Shown here piece after piece: positions 14,391 to 29,265 of a stretch of DNA of 64,000 nt (positions are counted from its first letter, which is position 1; every line of letters begins with the position of its first letter). The notes below the pieces were generated by a model. It was not told where the DNA came from and searched no databases. It saw only the letters and a list, made by a program, of their open reading frames with translations. The position numbers and the translations under genes were made by a program. The stretch spans positions 13,950,001-14,014,000 of the forward strand of contig CM022670.1 of the NCBI GenBank assembly GCA_012295275.1, written 5' to 3'. The stretch comes from Chrysomallon squamiferum (lineage: Eukaryota > Animalia > Mollusca).

Positions 14391-15620
14391 CAAAGTGGGT
14401 TATATATGATTTTATTGACCAGCCATGTACAAACTGTAACCGATTATTAATGAACTTTAATTCGTCAGGCATGCAAATTAAACTTTTAACTACCAACTAA
14501 ACATAAAAGAAATTTAAAATTTACTGCTGAAGCTTTTCAGACTTTGGACATAGCGTATCATTCACGATCGTCCGGTTCCAGTGATACTTTAATAAAACTA
14601 CAACCGTAAGATTATTGTTCGGCGTAGCAGGAACGAAAGGTTCGGTGGTGTAGGTTTTGGTACGACCGTTTTCTGGTCTCAAGGAGTTGAAAAACCTATT
14701 GAAGTCTGATCGCTTTGATGGTGGATTGTGTGCATTACGGTTCACCAGACTTTGGCCCAGACAGTGCGTATGAAGTTTAATTAGGTGCTAACCCAGTGAT
14801 GTCCAGTTCCTGGCTCGAAGCGGCAAACAGCTGCTGCTTTCTGTGAGCTACCTGCCCACGCGACTGCCCAGTGGTCAGTTTTATCACCACTTCGCACAGC
14901 GGAGCGAGCCATAAAATTCGGTCCTGATACACTTAGCTAACTGGGAACTAATTAAACGACGCTTGCGACTCAGACACGGAATGACCAGGTTAAAGGATCA
15001 ACAAGTACAGTGAGAAGTAGGATGGACCTCTTAGATAGACAGGAATGTGTGTTTAATCCGAGGTTAATAGTCATCGTAACCTGTGGCTTCATGCTTTGCA
15101 CATACTCACATACACACTCGTACACATACACACACAAACTATACATTCATGCATATACGTACGTGCATGCAGACAGACACAGATATATACACACATATAA
15201 TCATATATACATACTAATATACGTACATACAGTCAAAATATTCTCACAAGCACACTTTATAAACTGAACCCTTTAAAATATAAGTTTAGACAAAAAAAAA
15301 AAAGAAAAAAAAAAAAACACATTGACAATTTAATCTTTGCGATATCTACACGTTGAGTACATCATATTCACGTAGGGCTAAAATCAACTTAATTAAAACG
15401 AATCCATTTGACCTCGCTGAATGTTATACTTCTCTGTACGAAGCGGTGAAAAAAGCATATTTTTAACTAGACGCAGAATAATGGCTTACTCTGATTAGTC
15501 TCAAGAAAATATCTATGTCTTGAAATATATTTTGTTATCTGGAGGTTTACTGCTTGCAGGTCTACATTTTACAACTACTGGTGTAGCAGGAGAATAATAA
15601 CAAAATACTATCGTGAAATA

Positions 15621-15730
15621 GCAAGAGGATTTCGTGGCATATCTGAAGTTGCAAGAGGATTTAATGGCATATCTTAAGTTGAAAGACTATATCAAGATAC
15701 ACCTTTAAGTAGCAAGAGCATATAATGATA
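15621..15730 (+). repeat. Degenerate ~30-bp minisatellite, about 3.5 copies
   Basis: gcaagaggatttcgtggcatatctgaagtt / gcaagaggatttaatggcatatcttaagtt / gaaagactatatcaagatacacctttaagta / gcaagagcatataatgata. Confidence 0.8.
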
Positions 15731-16524
15731 CTCATAATGAGATCTTGAAAATAGCTATCAAATGACTCATCTGAACGAATTAATTATTGCAGTAACAAAA
15801 TACGAGTACACGTCTATGCACGCTCATATGTCTTGTCATTGAGATTAGAAACAGTCAAAATAAAAAAAAGGTTTAGATGAAATTTAACACACGTTACTCA
15901 AGAGTGAAAAGAATCAGGAATTCAAAAAAAAAAGAAAAAAAAAGTAACAATAAAAAACTTGTAACGTAGACATAACAGCCACACATTTCTTTTGCTAACC
16001 TATAACCTAACCTATTTTTTTTTTTTTTTTTTTTTTCCCCTAAACATTTCGATAACAAGTAATAAATAAAAAGCACAGCTGATCGGACACTCACTTTCAC
16101 ACCAATCATGCAGAACCAAGAATGTTCCACGAAGCCTGGACGCGTTCATGTTTTCCTAATGATGACCGACATTAGTCAATGTCAGTCGTACACCGTGTGG
16201 TAACATTTCATACAGTGTCCGGTCATTATCTTCATAACCAGCACTCGGCCTCTAACACGCGTTATTAGTGTGTACAGTCAATGTCACTTTCAGTTACCTG
16301 CTAATTAATGCATGTTAAACGTGTAGAGACTCCCATGATTTATGACTCTGTCACGAAGGTGAAGGATTTTTAAAATAGTGAAATGGGAATTTTTTTTTTT
16401 ATTTGATGGATTTTTCATCTTTTAAAACCAAAATTAAACTATATTAAATAAATATTTTTGAAGTTAATTTAATCTAGCTTGCCTTAACTTGTTGTTGATG
16501 GTGTTGCTGTTGTTATTGTTATTG

Positions 16525-16571
<47 letters not shown>

Positions 16572-19251
16572 TGCAGTTGTTTTCCTTGCATTGTTGTAAA
16601 TATATTTGCAAAATAAATAAATAATAATAATAATCAGCTTGTTTTAGGTACAGAGTACTGCATATCAGTATTGCATTAGGTCAGCACAAATAAATGTACA
16701 AGTTTTACACAATATATGAAAGATGAAAGAAAAAGCAATATAAAATTATGCTGAGCTGTGGATTATTGTAATCCTCCACGGAGGCCCTGCCTATGAGGCA
16801 AGTTCTTGTCCTTGCAAGTGGACGTCTGGACAGTTCTCCCAAAAGCTCATCCGCTGCAAGTACTGCAGGGTCAATCATAAAACGGCAGGCTCGACTAACC
16901 CGCATCTCACCTGTTCGTTATAATCGAACAAATATCGATTTTCGATTATTTACGCCCCAAACGACCCACAAACAGGTGACCGTTAATGGCCAAGAGTAGA
17001 GTGACAACAAAATAAGGAACAACAAAATAATGGTTTATTTGTTTTCACACGCACGTCAGTGGGAAACAAATTAACACTGTTTTCGGGAAATGCGTACAAA
17101 TGACACTTTGCAGGCGAAAGTACTGAAACAGAAATGTTTGTTTTTAATTAAGGCTGCTGTACTGAAGTGTGCAGTTAAAGAATAATGGTGGGTGCGTTCT
17201 AATTATTAGGCTACTGGTATGAAAGTCGATGTACTACACTCTTTTAAAGAGTTTTATTGATTTCTGCATTGTTACTAATTTTGGAATTCAGAAAAAAACT
17301 AATGCTTTGTTGGCATTTTCAAACGTTGAAAGAAAGAAACAACGCTTAAAATTAGGGAAAATTAGAAGACATTCAATTTCGATATGTTTTAAACAGTGAA
17401 AAGTATGCTTTCTTACACATATGAACTGTAAGAAAGAAAAAGAAGAAAGAAAGAACCCAATTAGATTCGAAACACCAACGACTAAAGTGGCATCTATAAT
17501 CAACATAACAAACCAACCTTCACCTTGACGTTGGCGATTTTGATGATGATGGTGTCACTGGTCGTCTTTCTAAACTATTCGTGCTGCAGCCAGGGGCCAC
17601 GACGCAATCTTATCGCAGTACAGGTGATGGGAGTCTTGAGGGTAGTCTCTGAATACGTTACAGAGCTACATCTGGTTTTGTCAAGTGTTTTTCTCAATCG
17701 TAAGCTTGAAATAACAGTCATCCTACAGCTGTGACTCGTCTCGAAAATATCTGATCATTTGTAGGACCCTTTGTACATCGTAAAATTATCTAGATCTACT
17801 GAAATCTGTCTCTACCCCCTTAGCTGTCTGCCTCACTCACTTTCTCTTTCTTCTTCTCATTCGTGCAGAGTTCTCTATATATATTTCTTTGCAGTCAAAA
17901 TATCCATCCATCCATTTTTCTAGTTCTCTGTTAGTTATTAAATGTTTATCTGTATTATAGCTAAAACGTACTATTCCGTTAGCTTTGAACAACTTTAATA
18001 ACCCTCTCCGTACTTTTGTTCTATTTTGTAATCTTTATGATTTATTTTTATTATTGTGTCGCTTATTGATCTTTTATTGAACTATACATACCTTAAGACG
18101 ATGACCGCTTCCTACTGAGTGGCTTAACAATAAAACATAACTTCAAAGGAGATTTATGACAAACCGACGGTTTTAAACCAATATATCATCATGAAGTATA
18201 TCTGGTGATTATCCTTATCATTGTTTTATAAACGAGTTATTTCTGTTTTATTATACGTTCTTTCTTTCTTACTCTCGCTCTCTTTTTTTTAATTTTTTTT
18301 TTGATATGAAACGTTCCAACGTATATACTGGCTGATACTGATCATCATAAATATCTTTGGCGATTATCCTGACCACTGTTTTATTAAAGAGTTATTTCTT
18401 GTTTTATAATGCCGCCTTCATTTTACCTGTATAACATTCCAGTGTATGCGTACAGTTATATTGCTTGATGTGGTGTGAATAAACTTCTATGGCAATAGTC
18501 TTTTATGGTTGCTTTTTAAAGTAGGTTAAATGCCCATAACCATATTTTTTTTTTCTTCATATTTATAGATAGACTGTTTCATTAACTGGAAAACCGGTAG
18601 AAAAGAGATGTTTTGTATTTGTGTGTCTTCAAGAGGCTATATAATCTTGTACTTCAGTTTGTAAGTGGACAGTTCATATATTCATGCTGAGTGAATTTTC
18701 AGCAGTTACGTTTAACACTATTTGTTAGAGACTGAGATGAGTCAAATTAGGGATGAGGAAGAGGACTTGTAATAATGATGATGATAATACTAATGAAGAA
18801 AAAGATTAGAAGAAGAAAGAAGTAGCCATCTATAAAAGTCCTTATTCGTTAAGAGAAAACAAGTTTGTAATAATCCATCCACTGTTCCTGAATCCTCCTT
18901 TGACAGTGAAATAAAACCGCTTCATGACTGAGCGTTCAGACATTTACCATCTGTTCACTGAACAAAGAGCCAGTCCAGTTTGTTAACCTGTATGACCGGA
19001 ATTCGCAAAATATACACAGAGTTTAAAAGGCAGCCTTAAAAAAGAAAAAAAAAAAAAAAAAAAAAAAAAAACTTAAGACTATTTGAACAGGTCTGATAAC
19101 TAAATCTCCCATCTGGTTACCGTAAGCACTGCCGATGGTCACAGTGCGAGGAAATCCGAATAACGCAAGAAGTTAAAGACAATATATTCACAAAATTCGA
19201 CAGAATTATTATCATGTTTATTTATTTATATTTGTGTGTCTGCATGTCTCC

Positions 19252-19253
<2 letters not shown>

Positions 19254-19339
<86 letters not shown>
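19254..19339. repeat. (GT)n microsatellite
   Basis: Directly visible. Confidence 0.95.
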
Positions 19340-19341
<2 letters not shown>

Positions 19342-20129
19342 CGGGAGCGTGTGTCGGGACTTGTCGAAGGAGAGAAATGTAAAAATGAGCACGTGCACAA
19401 AAATATCAGTTTGTTCTGTTATTTCGTTGTAGATCTGTAATCAGGCAGACATCTTGAGAAAAATATAAAATCTTATTTACATGATTTCAGGTCCAGTTTT
19501 CACTAAAACAATTAAGGCCGACGTCCTCCGAATATAGGCTACTACCGTGTTTACTCTCTGTTTCTGCTTCCTAAATTACTCTGTTTTGTAGTGATACGGA
19601 CAGGTACAGCAAGGGAACAAGGAATTCAAGCGAAGTCACACAAAACACGCAGTCGCTACATTTACTCACGTGGTCTGGGGTAAAGAGGTCCAGCAGGGAC
19701 AGGATTAGAAGCAGTCGCGGCACATTTAAGCACTTATGTCTTAAAAAAAACCCCCACAATATCACCATGGTGACAAAAGCACATCAGACACTTCAAACAA
19801 TACCTTTCTAAATGTGAACTAATCTGCTAATTGACACGTCCGTGTTCTCCTGCTTGAAGTTGTAACTGTAAAATGGACTTTTTTGTTTTAAGTTATGTAC
19901 TGAAAGAATGATTTGATAGACTTCTAAATCAGTTCGCTTACAATTATAAACGTTACAGATTTTTAAATGGATGAAGATGTAAGATCACAAAACTAACTCC
20001 TTTTCACTATAATAATCTTTAACAATAATAAACACAGAAATGAGCTGTATTTTTATCTAGTAGATTATTGTAGTTGTTGTGGTTTTTGTTGGTTTGGCGG
20101 TTTTTGTTACTATTATTTATTTATTTAAA

Positions 20130-20164
<35 letters not shown>

Positions 20165-21980
20165 TGTCAGATAATTTCTGCTATGATTTTAATGACCTCT
20201 GTGTGTGCATGCGTTAGATTAAAAACACGGGTAATAAATGATTTCAAACTGACTTTTGTTTTGAAAAAAATAATTCGAAAAACAGATTACTCCTAACAAA
20301 TCTTCTTTCCTTCTTTATTTTTACTATTGTCATTTTATTTTAAAGCTTGAAGATTTTCTCTCTAAAAGGTCGTGAAAAGTTCATGATAACGGCAGCTGTG
20401 CATAGAGGACTGCAATAAAATGAAACATTCAGGCGAAAATCTACCTCAACGACAAGAAATTTCACGAAACTGCCCTATCCGGAAAACCGATACTTGAGAC
20501 AAGAAGTATTAATGACAGTATAAATTCCCGGAAAAAAGAAAGAAAAAAAAGAACGAAAGAAAAAGAAAGAAGAAAAAAAATAGGCTGCTGTCAAGATAAT
20601 TTTTCAGTGGATTCATTTAATACTTAAATGCATCGCTTAAAGATGTGACTTAGAATTAAGACTGTTAATGATATCCCAGAACGCGTGCGTTACAATGAAA
20701 ACTGAGCATGAAACGATAATGGCTTATTGTTGTTGTAACTGTTACTGTTACTGTTATTTTTATTGTTATTAAGAACAATAACAATAATAACAAAAACAAC
20801 AACAAGATTAAAAAAAAAGAAAAAAAAAAGAAAGAACGAAGAAGAAAAGAAGCATGTAGAATTTAAAGATTTCATTGTGTGTGTTAATCAAATAATAACT
20901 GATAATCTACGTCTGGTTCACCAAACTGTATCACTTTATTCAATCAAAGGCTCCTTGTTCGTTAAAACTGAAGGATATACGCTTCATAATCGTGCTGTGT
21001 CCTCTTTCGCTCTGAAATCATGGATCCCCGCCGTTCCCCGAGAGAACTTCCACCGGAACAAGGGAGAAACCTGTTGAGCCTCTAAGCTATTTAACATTCG
21101 CCGAACACCTACATTTTGTTCTTATCAGTCTGCCACGCTTCACCTGGTTTGTTAGTGAACGCCACAAGCAGATAGTGACAAATGCTCAAGATGAGTCATA
21201 TAAAGTAAATAGTACACTCGGCAATTAAATCCATATTTTCACAATCACGTGGTCAGCGTGCCTACGTCGATTAGTCACTGGGCTGTTAATTACTGTCCAA
21301 CAATCGACTGAAGTCGAGTCGTTAGTTAACAGATTGTTCCGTGACGTGATTTCTTGTTGCGCTTCCACTGACGTCGGATGCGAATTAATAACGAATAATG
21401 CGAAAATGTTAAGGGGCACAGTCCATTGAACGTACGTTCGTCAGCTTCCGCATGCGGTTATCAAAGTTAAAAAGGAATTATAAACTGTCAAAGGTTGTAT
21501 TGAAAGTCAGTGGCGCATGGTAACGCATTACGAACATTCCCTACAGGGCAAAAATTGAAGAGAATTCGAAATAAAATATTATTAAAGAAAAGAAAAGATA
21601 AATGAAAGAAGACATTGTTGCGAAAAAAATGTCAAATGTTATGGCGCAGTGGGAGTTCAAGAAGCTGAAAGACCACAGCGGAACTATGGTTCTGAACTGC
21701 AAACTCAGCCACCCCCGCTCACACTGAAGAACTATATGATGTAGTTATAAACCAATTAGAAACTTATTTTAAAATTAAAGTTTAAATTTCAAGCAACTGA
21801 TTCATTTCAAAACAGAATCAATCCATCATCTGTCAGTTTCTCTCAGTCTGATGCATTCACTAGCATACTTGTTATTTTATTATTATTATTCTTATTTTTC
21901 TAATGTTTACAACACTAAAGCTGATTCTGCAATATACATTAATTTTATTAAATATGACATCAGAGGTTATGGATGAAAAA

Positions 21981-22091
<111 letters not shown>

Positions 22092-25000
22092 ATACACACA
22101 GTCATATTAACGTAAAACAGCAGATCAATACTTTAACTTTGTCTTAGTTTTACATCAGACTGTATTAACCTACATAGATTATGAATGTATAATAATTAAA
22201 TCCATGCTGTGAAGCGGTACTGATTTTTTTTATTACCTAACAAAATGTTATATAGTTTAATGTAACAAACAGTGTTAATTACACCACTTTCAACAATCAG
22301 TTACAAAGGGTAACATTATGTCGAGTTTGTTAAGGTGATTCCAATCTTCAAAGCCCTATCCTCGAGACTTATTACATCTGGATCTCACGGCAGCTGTGAG
22401 ACAAATGGAATGAAAAAAAAAAAGGAATGAAGGATGATATGAAAAGATAAAAAAAAAAAGAACGAAGTAAAGAAAACAAAGAAGCAAGTAAAACAGGCAA
22501 CACTGAACAAACAAACAAAAATGAGACCAATAAAGACTCTCAACGAAATAAGAAATCAGACAAAACTGAAAAACTTAAAAATATAACCAAATATTAAAGA
22601 GAAATAATGAAAAACCAAGTTTTATGTTAGTTTATCTTGTATACAATATATAAATAAAAAACCACAATAGTACGTCAAAACAAAATTAAATGAAATATCT
22701 GGTACAATCGGATTCTGAATCCCAAAAGACACACTGCGTTCGATATATGAAAGGTTTTTTCAGATTAACCCAACATGCAAACCGAGTTGTCTGTTGTACA
22801 GCACTGACGTTCTTGCCGGTGATTGAATAGACCATATGTCAGTACTAATGGCAGTTTGCTGTGCCTGTTAACTGCTACCATCAACAGCGGAATTATCAAT
22901 TGATTCTTCTTGGTGTTGTGAATGGATCACATTCAAAACTGCCCGTCAGTTAAGTCCGTTGAATCCATAATAATTATAGTATTTCTTTCATCTTTATTGA
23001 CATTCAACGACGATTCGTGTTTTAGAAACAGTCTAACGCATTTGTTTAAATGAAACTGTTTTGTAGTAAACCTATATACTTCTGAAACCAATTAATGGAA
23101 TCAGAAAAATTAAGACAAATATGTCAAATATAATTTTAAAGAAAATCACGATGACATTTCTTTTCAACAGAAGCAAATAATTATGGCGAAGTTAGAATGA
23201 ACAGCTACTCCTGACTTCTGTCTATGTAAATGCAACTACTACAATCGTTATGATAATTTTAGCTTCCAGTAATAACACCATCACATTACATTTCAGAACC
23301 ACTACTAACAGCAACTACAGGAACCACACCGTCTACGACAGTTACATTTAAGACTTGGTACATTATAACACCACAACAACGACGACAGCTTCTACCATAA
23401 TTAAATCTGCAATTCGATACATTCAAATACCACTACCAATACCATTACAAACTACAACAACAGCCTTTAACCATAAAAAATAAAAAATAAATAAATGTGT
23501 TCAGCTCGTACATTGATGTAATAAACTATGTATATTAAATTCCGCCGTACAAATTGTGCTTGGTCATATTTTCACTATGGACAACAAAAAGCCATTACAG
23601 TACATCATAGTTTTTAATAGCTCTGTTGGTGAACAAAAGCTATGTGTCACTGCCATGACCATCGCAGACGACACGAAGTCATGAGGGGACACGAATAAAT
23701 AAATTCAAGGATGACCATGAAATAATTTATGGACGATATTTCCTGGGTCATTAAAGTTGACCTCAAACAACAGATTCGGCCTGTTTGAACTTGGGCGTAG
23801 GACAAAAGCTTCTGGGTTTTAACAGATTTAAGAGATGTTGTTGTTTAAAATCGCTTCTTCTATTAAATCACTGGAAAACTAGACAACTTTGAATAGGTCA
23901 CATACGGTGATGTCGTGGTCATTTCTCAACAGCAAACGATAGCAAAAACTGGACTGGTAAACAGATGCTTAATTAAATAAAAGTCTGAGAGCTTAGAAAA
24001 GCAAAAGTTTGCGAATACAGAAATTTCTGAGTTTTATTCCAAATTATTAATCGCTGCTAATATAGTTTTCGTGTTATAAGTCCGAAATTAATCTGTACTT
24101 AAATAATGTATTTATTTATGAACGTTAATAAACAAATTTTCGCCAGTTTATTATTATTATTATGAATACGTCAATGAATGATAAAATTACAACATCGTAA
24201 TTGTGTATGACATAATGTTTAATCACTGGGTGTTGTATTAAACGACGACGTCATCAAAAGGCGTAGTGACACAATGACATAGTCAGCCGACAGACGATAC
24301 CAAAACCTGGTACTGTGGATCCAGAAAAAAAGTATATATTTATTATAAATTCAAGGACTGCAAGGCGTTCATCTTAAGTATATGTCAGGATTAACACTTA
24401 GGTTAATATATTTAAAGCTTGAACTGTCACATCCATTGACATGTATTTACACTGACGTAATTAATACTATAAAGTATTACGACAAATAAATCGTAAACTT
24501 CCAGCCTCGGTGACGCAATAATATTTGTTTATTATATATTATAATTATAATTATAATATATTATATTATGCTATATTATATTATATTATATTCGGGATGT
24601 AATTCGGGATGTAAATGTTGACATGTTTAGTTTTGTTAATATTACTTTAGTCCATCAATACATAACATGTATTAGCATTTTAGCAGTTTTCCTATAAGCA
24701 CTTAGACATCAAAAGTCACGCCGAAACGGCTTATATTTATGTTCAATTTTCACAATCCATTGTTCTACCGCAGACTGTGAAATCTCACTCCATAGCTTAC
24801 TTTATTTTTAATCAAATATCGCCACAGTCACGTAACGCTTCATTACAATACAACGCGATAATAGAGTAACACGGTAATACGTAAAACGGACACATCGTTC
24901 TTTAAAGAAGAAAAGAGCGCGAGAAAACAAATCGATTCACATGTCTCATACGGGCGTCGAACCGCGAAGCAGACGAAGTGTGATTCGTTTGAAGGTTTAC

Positions 25001-25329
25001 AAATAATTAGTAGACGTGATTCATTTCAAGAGTTCAGACTGGTGACTGGGGTAACATGCTAATATTGTAGTGGGTAAAGTAAAAGATAAAGGTAAATTAG
25101 CTGAATGGATAATTAGTGCATATAGTTTGTTCATAAATCTTTTGCTGCAGGCGATATTAATGTTAATTTCGCAATATTACATAATCACCAAGGGCTGTTA
25201 CCGGTTCATTAAACAAATTCCAGATAAATAATTTGTATTTAGGTAGAATATATTATTTAATTAATCTGACTGAAATGGATCCCCTGTTTAACAATACTGT
25301 TATTAGAACTTTTTTTTTTTTTTTTTTTG

Positions 25330-25333
<4 letters not shown>

Positions 25334-25394
<61 letters not shown>
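25334..25394. repeat. (GA)n microsatellite preceded by poly(T)
   Basis: Directly visible. Confidence 0.95.
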
Positions 25395-25397
<3 letters not shown>

Positions 25398-26270
25398 AAA
25401 CTAATAAAAGAAGAGAATAAAGATAATTAAAATGCTTAATTATCAATTTGAACTCTTATCAGAAAATGTAAAGTAGAAATTTCACTTTTGACGTCTATTA
25501 ACCTTTGACCTTTAGTAAATACTACTACTAATAATAATAGCACGAGCACAACAAGCGACTAATTAGATTCATCATTTATTTCACTTTAAATTTAGATATC
25601 GGTAATGACGTAAAATCGATAATGTTTTAATAAGGTGTCTTTTGTTCGCCAAATTACGCCAAAGCAATTTAATAAGTCATCGCGCCTTATTCCACTCACT
25701 TCCCGAAGAGTGAATTTCAATTCCACTGGGGTCATAAGGTCGTACTGACCGATGCCGATTTCGATTAGACTCGTTCGACCATACCATTAGATACTTTAAT
25801 AACTGGTTTAAGGGTTTCATTTTGCTGCTCAATCAGATATTCAGCCTGAATTTTGGTTGGCTCGAATCTGAAATTGTTAACTGAGCATTTCATCCAATTC
25901 ACGAATTTAATAACACGTTAATACGTCGTGGCTCTGTAATACAAAAGCAATGTAATTATGCATCAGTTGGCAATTTTCATACAAAGGAATTTAATGAATC
26001 TATGGGAGCAACAAGATCAGATGCCTTCCTGCTGGTTTCAGAAATGAGCTTGCAAAAGTTTTCACAAAAAATGACGTATGAACTCTAAATCTCGAACTCT
26101 CTGGAACTGTGTATCAAGTTCGAGTTAACGTTACATACAAGGAGAAAAAAAAAAAAAAATAATAATAATAATAATTATTGTTTTATTAAGTTTTCTTTGT
26201 TTTCATTGGCGGTTCATTATTATCTGTATCACCAATTTAGAATACAAAGACAGCATAATTTTATAATAAT

Positions 26271-26373
<103 letters not shown>

Positions 26374-26561
26374 CAAACATTCATACCCTCACATATATAC
26401 AGACTGAAGAAAATAATGATTAAAGAGAATAATTTTCTAGAAAAATCATCTAATCTCAAAGGAATAACAACAACAACAACAATAACAAATAAACAAATTA
26501 TTAAACTAGCTTATGAAAATAGATTTTAAATAAATGCAAATAAGATAAAGCGTAGAATAAT

Positions 26562-26803
26562 TATATTGAAACAGTTTTTAACAATTATTTTTAAATACTA
26601 CAATAAATAAATAAATAAATGAATAAATACTACAATAAATAAATAAAATTCAGAGACGCAAACAAAATAAGGTCAAGTCATTGTTCGGTATATTAAAACG
26701 GTTTTTAACAATTATTTTTGAATACTACAATAAATAAATAGAAAAATAAATAAATAAATAAAATTCAGAGACGCAAAGTAAATAAGGTCAAGCCATTGTT
26801 CGG
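26562..26803 (+). repeat. Two-copy tandem duplication of ~115-125 bp
   Basis: Both units read tatatt.aaac.gtttttaacaattatttt..aatactacaataaata...aaattcagagacgcaaa..aaataaggtcaag.cattgttcgg. The junction is near 26689. Confidence 0.9.
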
Positions 26804-27956
26804 CTTTTTACAGCATGGGCTGTGTCTGTGTCGCGTTACATAAAGGTGAGCATACACACCATGGAGCCACGCCTAGTCCTACCTGTATAGGTATTCTCAC
26901 GTCATGAAAACAGGGGTCAAACAAGACCTAGGATAGTAAAGCGTGGGAAATATCTACCTTCTCTTTGTTCTAACTTATATACCTGTCTATATTTGATGGA
27001 CAATGTGTACTCTTTTCTTCGTAGGTCACTCTGTTTCAAATGATCTTTAGAACAATACTGTGTGTGTGTGTGTGTTTTTTTTTTGGTGTTCTTCTTACAG
27101 AGTTTATTTCTATTTATGTTTGAATCTATGTATGTATGGTATTAAATGAGTTTATCGAAGTATGAATTTCGTATCTTTCAAATATGCTAATTATTGCGTA
27201 TTTTTTTTTAAAAGATCTAATCAAATTAACTACATACGTTAATAATTTGAGCCATCTTAGAAACGATACAATACCTTTTAAATTTAAATAATACATAAAC
27301 TGTCAAAGTGTATTTCAAAATGATTATTTAAAACGTTATGTCTTTTAAGAAATAAACAAACATATTGACAAACAATGAAACAAGGGAAAACAAACAATGA
27401 CAACTAGATTAACAATAACAAAAAGAAGTGCATGACACCCCTCTATGATAAGGAAATGAAATAATAATTTTAAAAAAGATGTTGATGTGATAACCACATG
27501 TGATTACATAATTTCCTTGTTACAACATTCAAAAATCGACACGAAACGAAAATCCACAGCTTCCTCAAGTCTTCACACATCAAATTACCAATTTGTGTCT
27601 AATTAAATAAAAATAAATACTGCAGTTTAATCCTTGACTGTGTCCAATGTGTTATTTTAATCGATGGTATCGTGTTGCTATAGCTATTCTTGCTATTTTA
27701 GAAATATATGTTTTTATTTTGGTGTCTAAAATAACAACATCGTTTAATTTTAGTTTATTTTAATACATCAACTTTCTCATTTTAGAAATAGGTTTAGAGA
27801 GTCTGAGTCATAACGTTCAGATATAGAGACATAATGATATATAACGCACAAGAAATACATAAACGTTCATATATCAAAGAAGGATGACAGACAAAACAGA
27901 TCATCAGCAGATGAAATCCTTTGGGATACGCAGTAATATATTAGTGCAAAACACAT

Positions 27957-28068
<112 letters not shown>

Positions 28069-28146
28069 TTAAATCGTGCTCAGACCGTTGTAAAGCTGTT
28101 TCATTCTTACAATGAACGGTAAATTTAATTTATTTTCTGTTTGTAG

Positions 28147-28260
28147 ATGTTAATGAGTGCTTCGATCAACCGTGTGAAAATGGTGGTAGCTGCGGTAATT
28201 ATTATGGTGGTTATATGTGCCTTTGTGAGCCAGGTTACAAAGGAAAGAACTGCCACGAGG
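28147..28260 (+). CDS. Calcium-binding EGF-like domain exon (114 nt, phase 1-1): (D)VNECFDQPCENGGSCGNYYGGYMCLCEPGYKGKNCHE; belongs to an unidentified gene antisense to the RhoGAP intron, or is an orphan exon
   Basis: ttttctgtttgtag|AT GTT AAT GAG TGC...AAC TGC CAC GAG G|gtatat. Six Cys in Notch/fibropellin-type spacing, a D-x-N-E-C start, the CxNGGxC motif, the C-x-N-x4-Y-x-C-x-C hydroxylation consensus and GY.G..C. No stop or frameshift. The symmetric 38-codon class 1-1 exon size is typical of EGF modules. Confidence 0.88.
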
Positions 28261-28343
28261 GTATATATATATATAAAAAATGTTCTTATTGTTGATGAAT
28301 AGAATACTAATACAAACACTAATAGTATTATTTTATGTTGTTA

Positions 28344-28399
<56 letters not shown>

Positions 28400-28462
28400 T
28401 GCATTGAAGATATATTAGTCATTATGTTCCTTAAACCATTAGAAAATCAGTCCCTGTGATAC

Positions 28463-28598
<136 letters not shown>

Positions 28599-28971
28599 CT
28601 ATCGCTGAAGAAGAAATCATTTCATAAACACATCATCTCTCTTGTGTCATATGCTCTTCTTTCGTCAAAAGTTTGACGTTTGACCTTGACATTTGTCTCC
28701 ACAACAACAATCACGTGGAATGGGGCCAGTCGCCATGTTTTGTCTACTTGAGCTTGTCAGGTGTCACAAATGATCAGAATTTGGGACACTTTTAAAAGGA
28801 AACGATTTGTATCAAGATCTGCACAAGACGTTCTTCGACAACGTGAATCTGATCCGTGTCACTCCTTGCTAAATGAGTGTATCCCGATTTCTTTTTTTTT
28901 CTTTCTTTTTTTTTTAGAGCAAGGAACAATAGTGCAACAGAGCATTCAGACCACATCATCTCAGTATGACC

Positions 28972-29265
28972 GAATGAATGGTTTTATGACATTTCAACAC
29001 ACTTTCACATTAACGGATATTAGATGTCATGATTCGAGAAGAAAGGAAATCACCTGTCGCCTCTCCACGTACTACCCTTATCCATTAGCAGCTATGGATC
29101 TATTGTATGCACCGTCTCATAGACAGGAAAGCATATATCACGTCATATATTTGAGTAGCGGGGCACTGGTTGAAAAGATAGAAACCTCAATGGACACGGA
29201 AAAAAGGACTGATATTGCGACCAGTCGCAGTTCAGAACAGGAGCTGTGATAAATGTGTCATTTCA
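28972..29265 (-). mobile_element. Decayed near-full-length tRNA-derived SINE (core resembles the MetaSINE-type domain)
   Basis: Shares ordered blocks with copies at 10.1-10.4 kb and 58.8-59.1 kb (ctgtcgcc / tactacccttatccattagcagc / cagacagga / gcactgg / gga..gat). The core matches, from memory, the reverse complement of the TGCATATAAAAGATCCCTTGCTGCTAATCG-AAAGAGTAGCC SINE core common in gastropods. Confidence 0.65.

Noticed and set aside
15621-15730. 30-bp direct repeats as a possible CRISPR array
   Set aside because: Units are contiguous with no spacers, the context is eukaryotic and there are no cas genes.
17515-17700. Protein-like minus-strand stretch (SLERRPVTPSSSKSPTSR) beside a donor-like aag|gttggt
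   Set aside because: All three minus-strand frames contain stops within the segment, and there is no good acceptor or ATG.
23280-23470. Thr-rich, mucin-like plus-strand reading that could precede the EGF exon
   Set aside because: The Thr-rich reading switches frame and hits stops. It is consistent with decayed (ACN)n trinucleotide sequence.
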